64,000 bases of DNA from Piromyces finnis finn. Its lineage: Eukaryota; Fungi; Neocallimastigomycota. Where the stretch lies: contig MCFH01000013.1 in the NCBI GenBank assembly GCA_002104945.1, positions 558,001-622,000 of the forward strand. Reading direction: 5' to 3'. This document shows positions 1 to 14,306 of the stretch, piece after piece. The translations under genes were made by a program, and so were the position numbers. The notes under the pieces are model-generated. The model was not told the DNA's origin. It was given only the letters and a program-made list of their open reading frames with translations, and did no database searches. Numbering within the stretch: position 1 is the first letter of the stretch; the number at the start of each line of letters is the position of its first letter.

Positions 1-1089
1 ATCAAATGAATGGAATGAATACGAACAACTTTAACTTTAACTTTTAATATTTAACAAATTAATAATTTATGTTATAACACAAACATTTTAATCTTAGTAT
101 AAAAAATCTAGGTTATAGTTTTTAATATTTTATAATAGAATAATTAATAAGATATATTTATTAATGTGAATTATAACTATTATATAATTATATAATAAAT
201 ATATAAATATAAGTATTTCTTTTAAATTAAAATAATTAATATAAATAGAGATTAATTGAGGAGAATTGTAATTATTTATAATTTCTGTTTTAACTTTTGT
301 ATTTTATTGATATTACTTTTTCTGTATTAAAGGGTTAGTATTTACTTTAAAGTTAATTTTTTTTAAATATTTATAAATTATACAGAAATAATTTATAATC
401 GATATAATATTCAGATGATTATATATTTAATATATAAAATTTTATACTTATTTATATTATAAATATATATAGTTTATTGGTTCACAATAACCATAAAAAT
501 TATTAATTTCAAAAAAAAAAAAAAATATAAGTTTAATAATTAAGCGTTTTTTTTATATAAAGATTTTAATTGAAGATTAGGTTATTTATTTTTGTTTTAA
601 TAATATTTATATTTATAATATATTTTTAATATATGCTAACTAAATGTAATAATAAAAATATTTATAACTTTTTTTTTTATCATTTTTTTTTCTCATTATA
701 TTTTTTTATTTTTAAATTAATGGAATGTTTTTTTTTTTTATGTAATAAAGAAAATTGTAAATTAATAAAATAATTTTTAAGTAAAATATAATTATTTTTT
801 TATATAACATATATAATTAATTTTTGAAATATTGTTTAAATCAAGAATATAAAATATATTAAAATTAATAATATTTAGGCAAACCTTTGGAATAATTATT
901 TAATAATCCACATTTTTTTTAAAATAATATTTAGTTTAAACATTTTTTTATTTTCATTATTTTTTTTTTTTATATATTATATATTATTATTTTTAATAAT
1001 ATTTATAGTTATATAGTTATTCTTAAGGAATAAAGTCTATAATATTTTTAAAACATATAAAATCAAAAGTTAAGATAAATATAAATAAA

Positions 1090-1120
<31 letters not shown>

Positions 1121-1535
1121 TAATAATAAATCAAGTCAAAGTAAATAAAAAATATAAATATTTCAATCAATTTGGTACAGCATATTTATTTGGAGATTAT
1201 TAAGTGTTAAAAAATATATAAATAAAGTAAAAACAATAATATTTAAAAAGTATTCAAAGAAATTGTATTTTTAAAATTTTAAAATTATAATTTTTAAATA
1301 ATTATAGCAAAAGATTATTCCAGTAAAAAAATATTTTGATAAAAGGATTTTATTAAAGAAAAAAAAAAAAAAAAGAATAATTAAATAATAGGGATATTTC
1401 AGTATATATTTTTTTATTATTTATTTCAATTTTTTATTTAATCAAAACTACACTTACTTTTGCAGTTGTAGTTGGTATTATTAATTTTAAAGTTTAATAT
1501 TTTAATCCTAAATAAATAAATAATAAATAAAAAAA

Positions 1536-2980
1536 ATGTCTGTTATTTATTATAAGTTTAAGGTAATAATTAATATAATAAATAATAAATAAATATTTAT
1601 TTATTTCGAAGATTTTAAAAAGTAATAATTTATAATGTAAATATAGAGCGCAAAAGATTACGATACTGTAACTTTTGATGGAATAAGCTTGTCAGTATTT
1701 GATCTTAAACATGAAATTATGATATCAAAGAAATTGGGAAAAGGAACAGATTTTGATTTGTCAGTATATAATGCTCAAACAGGAGAAGGTTAATATAATA
1801 TTAAAATTTTAATAATTAATTATATTTTATAGTAATTTGAGATTGCTAAAACCATTGCTATTATTTTTAGAATATACTGATGATTTAGCGACAATTCCAA
1901 GAAATACTTCAATTATTGTAAGAAGAGTACCACCTGAAAGACCAGGAAAAGGAAATGCCCAAAAATATTTATCAGCATCTGGTCCTTCAACACATATAAT
2001 AGGTAGAAGAGTTGCAAATACTACTAAGCCTGCAGTTGGAAAGTCAAAAGCAGTTGCAATAAGGTATACATTATTGAATATCAAAAGTGTTTTTATTTTT
2101 TATTTAGTAATTTACTAAATGTATTACAATATATTAAATAAAGCAAACCAAATCAAAGTAATGGAATTAAAACATCAGAAGAAACTTTAGAAGGATTAAC
2201 CGAAGAAGAAAGAATTAATGCAATGTTTCAAAAATCAGGAGAACATTGGAAGCAATTGCAAGATGAAATGGCAAAGTAAATTTCAATAACATTCAAAATT
2301 TATACTTTATATTTATTTTAAATATAAATAAAATATGAAGTTGAAATTTCCAATTAATAACTACATTTATTAAAGATTTATATAATAATAACAAAATATA
2401 GTTTGTTATATAAATACATAAATAATATTAATTGAAATTTTCTCTTAAATAAAATTGTATAAATATATTAGTTATATTATAATATTAATTATTAACAATT
2501 TTAATTGATTATCTGTTAAAATATAGTGCAAAATCTGTTCCATTTAGACCTCATTTTACAGGTAGCCATCCATCTAACAGTACCCCAGGTTCTAAGCCAT
2601 CAAGTTCGAATCCAACTCCAACAATACAAAAGATACCCAATCCAACTTATGTTTGTTTTAGATGTAGACAAAAAGGTATAGAAATAGGGAATTTATATAT
2701 ATTATATATATATTTTTTATAATTTATTGTTATTTTATCTGTACATGTGAAGTATATATAATTTTTTCTTTTTCTTTTTTTTTTTTATAAGTTATTTTTA
2801 AAATAAAATTAACTTGATATAAAATATGTAAATATATTTTTGAAATGTTAATATAATATATATAATATTATATAACATATATTTTAAATTAATTCAATTA
2901 TGATACTGTAATTATATATATATATTTTATTTCTTTATTTTTTCATTCTTTTTAATAATCAAATTATATATTAGAAAAGC

Positions 2981-3011
<31 letters not shown>

Positions 3012-3410
3012 CATTAAATATAAAAATCAATAATAATAATATATATAAATAAATAAAATAAAATTAATATTTTATTTTAATTCTATTATGTTATTTTGTT
3101 ATATATTCATTAAATATGAATAATATAACACTTTAAAATCAAATATTTCAAAATCAATTTTTTGATTTTTTTTTTAGTATATCATGGTTAAACTTGAAGA
3201 TTACATTAATAATTAAATTTAATATATATATATCAATAGAAATATTCACTCAAAAATAATAATCAATTAAATATTTTTGAATAATGTATTTATAAATTAA
3301 TACTTAAAGAAGATAAATATACAATTTAACATATCAATTATAACATTTTTTGAAATCTCAATTATGAAATATAACTTCATATATTTTTAAAAAAGAAAAA
3401 TTTAACAAAA

Positions 3411-3446
<36 letters not shown>

Positions 3447-5138
3447 GTTATTATTATAATTTATAAAAGATATATTCAAGATTTTTTTATATTTTTATTT
3501 TCAATAAAATAAAAAAAAAAAAAAATATAATAGTAAATTAAGAAAATCTTGGAGAGGACCTGATTATAATATGAAATAATATGATATGAAATAATAATAG
3601 ACGTGATAGGAACCAAATTTTAATAAAAAAAGCCTATAAAAATAATTAAAAACAACTAATGAGAATTATATAACAATGATTTAGTTTTTATTTATTAAAA
3701 TTATATTAATACTACTTACATCTACATATATATTTTATAAAATTACTATCTATTTTTATTTTTTTATTTATTAATTATTTATTTATTCAATATCAATATT
3801 TATTCAATGATTTTTTTTTAATGATTTAATTATATATACTTTATATTTACATTTATATTGATTTTTTATAATTATATTTTTATTTTAAAAGCGAAAGCAT
3901 TATTTATTTTAAAAATATTTAAAGAAATCAAATGAAGATTTATTAACATTGAAAAAATAAATATTAATATAATAATAATAATAAAAATTAGGTCACTTTA
4001 TTAGCGATTGTCCAACTCTTGGTGATAAAGAATTCGACAGGCCAAAATTAAAAAGAACAACTGGTATTCCAAAATGTTTTTTGAAGGCTGTTGATACTAA
4101 ACAAGCTTCCGAAGGAGGTGTAATGGTTACTCAAAATGGTGAATTAGTTGTAGTTCAACCAAATGAACAGGAATGGAAAAAAATGACTTCTAAGGTTGGA
4201 ACAGTTTTTGGTGAAGATATATATAATTCGGTTCCAGTTCCTGATAATCTTCGTTGTTCTCTTTGTGAAAAATTATTTAAAGATGCAGTTTCTATTCCAT
4301 GCTGTAGTGAAAGCTATTGTGATGAATGTAAGCACTATATATTAAGAAATTATTTATTTATTATTGATTATTCATTTCTTCGTTTTCGTTTTCCTTTTTC
4401 TCTTATTTTAATATTAATAAAATAGGTATTAGAAATCATTTATTAAAGGAGAGTAATTCAAGAATGGAATGCCCCAATTGTCATCAAGAACAGTCCCCTG
4501 ATAATTTGGTTCCAAATAAAACATTACGTCAAGCTGTAGAGCAATATTTATTAGAATTTACTAATAAAAAATCAGAAGATAAGAATAATAATTCTAATAA
4601 AAATGAAACAAGTACTAATCCTAGTATTAATAATAAAAATACCAATAATATTAATAACAATAAAAATAATATAAATCAAAAACCTTTAAAAGCTAATGGT
4701 AAGAATACTGTAAGGCCAAACACTAATAATAAGCCACTAAAACCAAACGAAATGAAAAATAGAGGAAGAAACCAAGAAGGAAAACCAAAGCATAATTATT
4801 ATCAAAATAACAATCAATATAATATGAATTTTAACAATAATAATTATAAGAATGGTATAAATATGCAAAATGATTATAATAAGATGATACCAACTTATAT
4901 GAATGATAATAATTATAGAATGTTTCCAGATTATAATAATGGATGGAATACTGGTAGTTGGGATGGTGTTCCTGGTATAATGATGAATAATTCTAATAGA
5001 CCAATGATGAATCAAATGATAAATCCACAAAATATGGGCATGAATATGCGCAATAATAATATATATAATCAAATGAATCCAGAATATCCTATGACTAGAG
5101 GTCAAAAGGTTTATCAAACGTGAGTAAAATACACATTT

Positions 5139-5214
<76 letters not shown>

Positions 5215-5378
5215 TAATAATAATAATGATAATAATAATAATAATAGATGTCTAATTAAATATAATATATTTTATAAAAATATTTAGATATGAAAGAAGA
5301 ATTCAATTTAGACAACAAAAGAAACGTGCGAGAGAAATGGATGTTATTGATATCACTGATAAAAAAGCTAAACATTAA
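1536..5378 (+). CDS. MPE1: MPE1/RBBP6 cleavage-and-polyadenylation factor (DWNN ubiquitin-like domain, zinc knuckle, RING); multi-exon
   Basis: Spliced translation starts MSVIYYKFK|SAKDYDTVTFDGISLSVFDLKHEIMISKKLGKGTDFDLSVYNAQTGE|EYTDDLATIPRNTSIIVRRVP (DWNN). Zinc knuckle YVCFRCRQK|GHFISDCPT is split by intron 2676-3991. RING is CSLCEKLFKDAVSIPCCSESYCDEC...CPNCH. Last exon ends KKAKH-stop at 5376-5378. Confidence 0.95.
5141..5246. repeat. (AAT)n microsatellite in the last MPE1 intron
   Basis: Near-perfect aataataat run with a few gat variants, between the GTGAGT donor at about 5120 and the acceptor at about 5288. Confidence 0.9.
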
Positions 5379-5537
5379 TCATTAAATTATATAGTATGTG
5401 AAACATGAAACATAATAAAAAGTGAAGAATTATAATTAATTTTATTACTTTTTATATTTATATTTATTTTTGTTTTCATTTCATTTTATTCTTAATTTTT
5501 TAAACTACCTTCTAGAACTGAACTTTTTTCTTTTCTT

Positions 5538-5568
<31 letters not shown>

Positions 5569-5879
5569 CATAATTATTATCGTTTAATTATCTACTTATT
5601 TAAAAACAAAAAAACAAAAAATAAAAAACAAAAAAAAACAAAAAAAAAAAAAAAACAAAAAAAAAATACGCATTATTTTTCATATTTATTATATATTCTA
5701 CTCAATATACATATATAAATAAATATATAAATGAAATAATAATAATAAAATAATAATAATAATAAAACCCCTTTATTTTTATAAAATAATTGAAATACAT
5801 ATATATAGTGTATATTTTTACTTTTTTTTTTTAATTTTATATTTATTATTCAATTAGTGTTATATATTAGTTCTATTCC

Positions 5880-7150
5880 TGTTCCATTGTTTCTATGTTT
5901 CTATTCCAAGGACAAATGATCTTTTAGATTGTAATAATTATCGTGGTATATCTCTCATCAACATAGGTCTATAAATTATTTCAAAAATTGTAGCTGATAG
6001 AATTTCAAAGTATGCACTTTCTCATAACTTTATCAGGACCTTTCCAATCTGGTTTTCATAATAAAGAAGAATGTATTAGCTTATTTATATTCATTAGAGA
6101 AATATGTTATAGAAGAAAATTTAAAAGAAAAGCTACTTATGTTACTTTTATAGATTTAAAAAAAACATATAATTTTGTTCCTATTTTTAATATCCTTATA
6201 AAGCCATACAAATTAAGCATGCGTAGTAAATGTTTTAATTTCTCAATAATATATTCTACCTCAAATGCCTGTGCTTGTTTCTTGGATATACTTTCTAATA
6301 AATTTCCTATCAACTGTGGTGTAAGACAAGGATGTTCTCCTTTTCTTATACTCAATATGCTCTTAAGGAGATTTAAAGATATCTATCCTTGCAGGTATTT
6401 GTGCTGCGCAATAGGTGAAATGGAAGTAAAGCACTCAGATAGATTAACAACAAATTCATCAATTCAAATCGCCTATTGTATATTAGTCTCAACAAACCTC
6501 ACTTAAATTTTGGGAATTGAATTATTCGTATTTGATGCGATTATGAAAATACTACAAGAATTGGTATTGCTAGCAATAGAGCTGTTCCTGATTTTTCTCG
6601 TGTTTATTCATGTTGCGGATATGATGAACAGTCTTTTCATCTTTTTATATATAATAAATATAAGAATCAATTTACCACTTAATTACTCCTCGAAATGGAA
6701 ATAAAAAAAAAAATATTTATAACTATATTTTTATGTTCCGTATTGACGGAACTTTAGTTTATGATGAGCTACAAATCAATAAGATGGAACAGAGGCATTT
6801 AAATGAACAGTTTTACTGCTCATTGAGGTCTCATGCTCTCTATATAGAAGGTATAGAGGTTTTTTAAAGTAATCTCTATCATTCATAGCTCTATGAAGCT
6901 ACTTTTTGATAGGTTTAATAAGACACTTAATGTAATTAAGAGCACTGACATCGTACCAATATGCTGAAGGAACACTTCTAACATCAATGTTAGTATTTCT
7001 TTAAATGAAAACATTAAGAACTCCTGGGAAAAAGAATTAAGTGTCACCATACTATCATACCTGATATTACTTCTTTTTTTTTTTATTTCATTTAATTTAT
7101 TGGGAATGTGCTAATCTCTCACAGTATAAGCTACAGAGTTCATTGAACTT
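5880..7150 (+). mobile_element. Decayed, internally deleted non-LTR (LINE) retrotransposon ORF2 remnant
   Basis: From about 5900: SIPRTNDLLDCNNYRGISLINIGL*IISKIVADRI..FQSGFHNKEECISLF..TFIDLKKTYNFVP..CGVRQGCSP, i.e. the LINE RT motifs NYRxISL, F(L/I)DxxKAYD and GVRQG. The (Y/F)ADD box is not visible. A Cys-containing C-terminal-like segment follows (IIRI*CDYENTTRIGIAS..YSCCGYDEQSF). Stops and frameshifts throughout, no introns, GC higher than flanks. Confidence 0.88.
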
Positions 7151-7928
7151 TTATGCAACTTAAATAATTATCATTAAGAACTCGTAAAATAGTAGATATC
7201 ATACTATAATGTTTGAATTTCCTTTTTTATTTTATTTCATTTAATTTATTAAGGAGACATATATTTCAGTAGAATTTGCAATAATTTAAATAATTTATTT
7301 CATTTTTTTGTATATTATTAGTTTTGTTTATTTTTTATTCTATTTACAATACATTTTCACCAAATGTAAAAATTAAATAAATGGGCAAGAGATATATTCT
7401 CTTTCCTTTCTAATATATTATTATTATTATTATTATTCTTAGTTACTTTAGATTTCATTTAGCAAAAATATGATTATAAACATTTTCTTATAAAGATTCT
7501 TCTATATGAATGTTATTTAATATGTAATTATTCATTACTAAAAACATTTTAGTAATAAATAATAAATAAAGAAATGATACAATAATACTACCTCTTTTTC
7601 CTTATCAAAACATTAACAAGAAATTCAAATAAATAAACAAAAAAAAATTACGAACATTTATAGTATTTTAAAAATAAAGAATTCAGTGGAATAATTCATA
7701 ATAAAATTAATAAGAATACATCTTTTATATTGAATTTAAGGAAATTTATAATATTTTGAAAAAAAAAAAAAAAGATTTTATTACTAATAATTTACGATAA
7801 ATATAATACATTTAATTCTAATAATTGAAATTAAAAATGCTATAGTAATTTAATATTTGATAAAATAAATTGTAATTAATTTTGTTATCATTATATATAT
7901 TAATAAAAATATAATTAATTAACATAAT

Positions 7929-8290
7929 TCATTCATCATAATTTCCAAAAAGATTACTGATTCCTGTTTCTTCATTACTATTAAGAATATCTTTAGAGCC
8001 AGTTCTTAAGAGCATTTCTTGACTTAAGAAAGGTTTTTTATAAGATTCTTTATTTTTATGTAATTGAGATATTGAAACCTAAATTAGTTATATCAATAGA
8101 ATATTAGATTAATATTTAATATCAATTTGTTAATTTACAAGATTCTTTTTTTTTTTTTTTTTTTTTTAGTAACAACTTACTCCTTTGATGTCATTTAATA
8201 ATTTTCTTATAGCATATTGCTGATTTTTTACTGTAGTGCAATTAAATAATTCGTTTTCCATTTCCTATTTTAATTTATAATAATTAATTT

Positions 8291-8329
<39 letters not shown>

Positions 8330-9665
8330 TTTTCTTTTCAAAAAAGTTATATATTTATGTATATGAATAAATAAATAAATAAATAAATAAATAAATAGAT
8401 ATATAAATATAAAATAAGATAAAATACTTGAATTTTTGCTTGCGTCATATCATTTAATTGCATTAATGTATTATATGGGATATTGCATTTTGGTCTTAAT
8501 AATAAATAAATATCTGTTATTAAGGCTATTAAATCTACGTGCATTTCTTGATGATATGAATCATTATAAGCCTATTATTTATGTTTTAATTATTAATATT
8601 ATTATTAATTATTAATTTAATTAATTAATAATAATTAATATAACTTTTTACCATTAATACTGTTTTTAAAATATTATCTCCTATTATTTCATAAAGTTCT
8701 GGAATCTTTATTAATTCTGGTAATATTCTGATTAAAATACTAATACTTTTACTGGATGATTTAAAGTCCTTAAACATGATTATTTCCATTAAACTTTGTA
8801 ACAGTGGTATTATAATATTCTAATTGTGGCATATAATTTATATTAAAGAATGCGTATTATTAATATATATGTAATAGTAAAAATAATATTAAAGAAACAT
8901 AAATAACTAACTTTTGAATTAAAAATATAGTGAGCAATGCTTTTATAAGCTTCAGGATTTATCTCTCTTGCTAAATTTTCTTTTCTTCCTTTTGGAATTC
9001 GTGGTTCAATTAAATTACTATATAAATATACTAACGATCTTGTTAAATCTCTTAGAGTTTTATTATAAAAGATTTCTTCTTGTAATTCTTCATCTTCATT
9101 ATCATCATCATCACTATCATAATAAATTAAAAAGTTGAAAATTAATAATTAATATATATATAATATAATTATAAGATATTTACATTTGATAATCAACATT
9201 TTCCCATTCAGATATTAATTTTTTTGAAATATATTGGATAAGTTCAGGTAATATCTTCTCTAATATTATATTATATTTAAATTCTGGGCAATTTGATAAT
9301 AATGGAGAAATAACTGTACGTATGATCATTATAAAAACAAGAGTTAAGAATAATAAAATATAAAAAAGATAATAAAAATAATAATCAATGACTTTTTTTA
9401 TAAATAAAAATAATAAATGAATATTTAATTAATAATAGCAATAAAGGATATTTATTAAATTTTTCCATTGAGTATTAGTTAAATTTTCTGCTTCGAATAA
9501 AAGATCATTAATTAATATTGTTTCAATGTTATTATAATCATAAAACCTAGGTAATTTTGTTAATGCACCTATAATCAAATAACTAATTATTATTTAAAAA
9601 TAATCAATTAATTAAATGCTCATTTATTATTTAGAAATATTAATGAAAAAATAAAAATAGAAAAG

Positions 9666-9697
<32 letters not shown>

Positions 9698-12527
9698 AAA
9701 AATTACCATATTTCATATTCACTGGTAATAAAACCTTGTAATTGCTTTATGTATTTACCAATTGAATTTGTTGCTTTATTTTTAGATGCTTTATTAATTT
9801 TTATAATAATAATTATAGTTATAATTTATAATTCATTTTTAATTTATTGATTAATTAATATATTATAACTGTTAATAGTAAATAAATCTACCTAGAGTAT
9901 TATCCTTAATATTTATTTCTTTTAATAATTCTTTTAAAACAGGATTTATATTATTCCAGTTATTTAAATTCCATAAGCTATGTGATACTCTATTATATAA
10001 TTAGATTGTTAATATTGAATGCATTTTATAAATCATTATGTTAATAAATGTAATATTACTTAGCAACACTTAAGATATTTTGTAGAATAAATTCAAAATA
10101 TGTATTCCATATTTGCTTGTTTTCTTCATTCTTTTATTATTATTATATATTTTAAAAACATGTTATATCAAAAAATAAAATTAAATAAAAACATAAATTA
10201 GAAAAATGATGGTAATTATTATTTTATTAGCTTAATTACTTACTGATTCATTTTTAATAAATATTGTTTTTTTTATCAGAAGCCATATACAATTCATAAT
10301 TAAATAAAACTATTAAGAGATTATTTATATAATTAGTAAGTCTATTATATTCTTTAGATTTTGTTATAATAGATATTATATACTTTTGTTCTTTTAGTTT
10401 TTAATCCAACTATTTTATTTGCGAGATATTCATCCAACGAAGAAAGATCTGTATCCATTGAATATACCTTTAATACTAATAATATATTATAAAAAATAAT
10501 ATATATATAATTATTATGATATAATTAAAAATCTACTATTTATTTATTTATTCAATATATAATTATTCACCTTCCGAAAGCTCGTATATACCAATATATT
10601 CCATATATTTTTGAACATTACTGTATATATCACCATTTTTACTTTCTTCAATCCATTCTTGAATAATTGTATTAAAAACTTCTTCGATATTTTTCTTTTT
10701 TGTTTCAATATCTAAAGTAGAATGATAACTATAATATTATAATAGTACTTTTTTATAAGATTTAATTCAATTTTTTTTTTTTTTTTTTTTTTAATTTTTA
10801 ATAAAATATATTACTTTATTATTATAAGCAATTGCTTTAATGCTAAAAGATTATCATAAGTAATTTCATCATTGCAAGATATATTCATAATTGTATTACA
10901 AATTTCATTATAATAACGCTTTAAAAGTTTATTTTTAGTATCATAACTATTATATAATTATTTATTATATTAAGAATTAAGTTAATAAAATACCATAAAT
11001 ATATTTGGAATAATTAATGACATGTCTGTCAACGATGTAATAGCTTTTTGTCTTATTGATTTAGATATTTCATAATATTTTGTTGTATTAGCATTTAATT
11101 TATATGTAACATAACTAAATAACTATTAATTACATATAAAATAATTTGTTAATTAAAAAGCTAAATTACTTATTATCTTATTTATATTATACTTACTTTT
11201 TCAAATAACATTAACAAATAATTTGTCTCCTCACTATTTTTAATTAATATTACAAAGAATGATAACATTCTTATATATTTTATACTTAAAAATGGATCCT
11301 AATTATTTAAATTAATAATATTATGATATAAATAATGAAGAATTATGGTTGTTAAGTATAATAAATCAAAAATATATAAAAATTATTATTATTATTATTA
11401 TTTACATTAGTATTGAAATTAATTAAGAAATTATAGAATTGTATCATTGAATTTTTTGTTAACTCAAATTTATTTATATCATCACTTATTGAGCTAGCAA
11501 TAATTTGGTAAATTTTTACTGTAGCTGAATATGTTTTATAGTAAGTCGAATCATCTCGGTAACATCTAAATTCATCCGTTGATGATGGATCTGATGAACT
11601 CATAATTTTTGTAATTTTTTCAATAATCCAATTATAAACATCAAGAGGCATATAATTTGTAAATAATTTTATTAAATTAATTACTCTTTGTTCGAAAATT
11701 AAAGTAATTTCATTATCATCTGTTTTTAGTTCAAAATCAATATTTATGTAATACTCTTCAATAGGATCAGAGAAAACTTTTCCCTAAATAATTTATAGTT
11801 AATTTATAATACATTAAAAATAAATGAATAAATAAATATTTATATATTTATTATTATTAACCTTTGAGAATTCTTCTAAGATTCGTTCTAAAACAAGTGG
11901 AATATATTTTTTTAAAATATTTTTTTCTTTTAAATTCATACTTTGTAATGCAATAATCCAAAAATGTAAGGATGAACTTGATATAATAATTGATGGATGA
12001 TTAAGTAATAATATCATTGATTCTAAAAAATTATCTAAATTATTTGGGATAAAAGATAATTTTTTATTTGAAACATGATTAACTCCAAGTTCTGTTAAAA
12101 TCTATTAAAATAATACAAATAATTTAATATTTTTATTAAATTAAATAAAAAATGTTATTTATACACATAGAATTTTATTATTTATTTTTAGCTATGAATT
12201 AAAAACTAAATCTTACATTATTAATATTTAATAATAATTTGTAATTATCTTCAGATAAACTTTTTGTATTTTGAATTTGTTGAAGTTGTTGAATTGATAT
12301 ATTAGTAATATCGTATAAACTCATCCAGAAATTAAAAATATTACTTAAACCGTCACCATCAAATAAAGGATTAAAAAGCAATTTATTTCTTTCTTCATTA
12401 TTAATATGGAAATTTCTACTAGTTAATACATTAGCACATTCTAACGCAGCTTTTTTAATTTTATATGAAAAATTCTGCACTAACATTGATGTTAATTTTG
12501 GTAAGATATTTATATCATCTAAGGATC

Positions 12528-12560
<33 letters not shown>

Positions 12561-14103
12561 GATTTAGATTTTTTTTTGCTCTTAAAGTTTAATTTTTAAT
12601 AGTTTTAATGGTATTAATAATATTAACAAAACAAGAGATATTAACTTACTCAAAAATTACCCATTTAATAAAAGATGATAAAGTGTCTAATATATTTATT
12701 ATCAATTGTTCTAATTGCTGAATTTCTATTTCATTATTATTCATTTTCTATATTAAATTTTTATAAAAATAAATATTATTAAGTATTATATATATATATA
12801 TATATAATATATAAATATAAATTTATAATATTACATTAATAAGGTATTGTTCTTTATAACTTTCTAATGTATTAACCCAACGAATGAGCCAACCTTCATT
12901 TGTAAAATCACCTCTTACCATTTGAACCATCATTTCCATTTCAGCAACTTGTTCTTTTGTTACATTTTCAGGATGTTGTTGAAAGTAATCATAACGATTT
13001 AATAATACTTTTGCACTTGATGAAACTGCTATTAAGCCACTAGCTATTTGCTTTTTTCTTAATTCAGGAATAGAACATATTTCATCTAAATATACTTCTT
13101 GAGCTAAGTTTCGATATATCAATAAAACCAATTGTTGTGTATTTCTCTAAGAGTATTAGATAAAATATACAATATATATTGTTCATTAATATTAGAATTA
13201 ATTAATAATGCTAATGATAATAATAACAGTATTATTATTATTAAATTATTAAAATTATATGGTTAATACATCTTTATTGTATAAAGATCTTAATGTAGCA
13301 TCAAAATCAGTCCATTCATTTGGCCAAGAGCGTTTTGCAATTTCTACTATTAATATAACAATTTTTTCCTTTATATAGTTGGCTTCTTCTAAAATCCCTC
13401 CAGTTTCCTTTTAAATTTTCAATTTTTTTTTTTTTATTTTATCATTCATTTAAATGATTAATATGATTTTAGAGTTATTTGATTAAATGAAAATCATACT
13501 AATAATAATTAAGATTAAAAATAAAACAAAATAAAATCTAGAAGTATACAAACTTTTAATAAATTTAAAGCCATATTTCTTAACTCATTTCTTTCATTAT
13601 CAGTATAAGCTTTTTCATTCCATTTATATGTTACAGCATTAATAATCATACTTATACCAAAATGTCGAGCTTCATTATTTTGGTTATTATTTTTTAAAGC
13701 AAGATAGTACCCGTATACTGGACTTTTTGGGTCGTCTTTTATTAATTGTAAATACTATTTAAATTATTTAATAATTTATTAATATGAAAATTTCATTATG
13801 AATTAAAAAGCAAATTATAACATTTTTATTATATTATATATTTAATATATTAAGTTAAAACCTTTTCAGCTTCTTTTCTTTGTTCATTTGTCGATTTAAA
13901 ATCCAATACAATGCTTAAACAATCATTTATTTTACTTAGTACTAGTAAATTTATAATTAATTGTAATATAATAATATTAGAATTGAATTAAGCTTATATA
14001 TTTTTAATTATATTGAAAAAACAAAAATAAAAAAAGAATAAAACAAAAAACAAAAACAATATATATATATATAATTAAATAAAGAATTACTTGTATTATC
14101 CAT
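7929..14103 (-). CDS. XPO5: Exportin-5 / Msn5 karyopherin; many exons
   Basis: MDNTI|LSKINDCLSIVLDFKSTNEQRKEAEK|..KDDPKSPVYGYYLALK..EARHFGISMIINAVTYKWN (importin-beta N-terminus), then IKEKIVILIVEIAKRSWPNEWTDFD (Xpo1 domain) and RGDFTNEGWLIRW. C-terminal exon ends ETGISNLFGNYDE-stop at 7929-7931. Internal exon boundaries were only partly traced. Confidence 0.88.
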
Positions 14104-14306
14104 GTTTATTATTTATTTATTTTACTATTAACATATTAAAAAAAAAAAAGGAATTAAAGTATGAAATAATATTTTCTATTTAATATATTAATATAAAAAA
14201 GTATTTATAAAAATTTTTATTATTAATAAAACTTATATATTTATAAATATATAAATATATTTATTTTATTTTATTTTTATTTTTTTAAATACATTATTAT
14301 TTTAAT

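Noticed and set aside
2600-2620. GTTCGAATCC, a tRNA T-loop-like motif
   Set aside because: The flanks cannot form the T-stem or a cloverleaf, and it lies inside an MPE1 coding exon (SKPSSSNPTPT).
5470-5718. 82-aa ORF downstream of MPE1
   Set aside because: Built from (TA)n and poly-A tracts in the 3' UTR or intergenic region, with a TTG start and no protein-like content.
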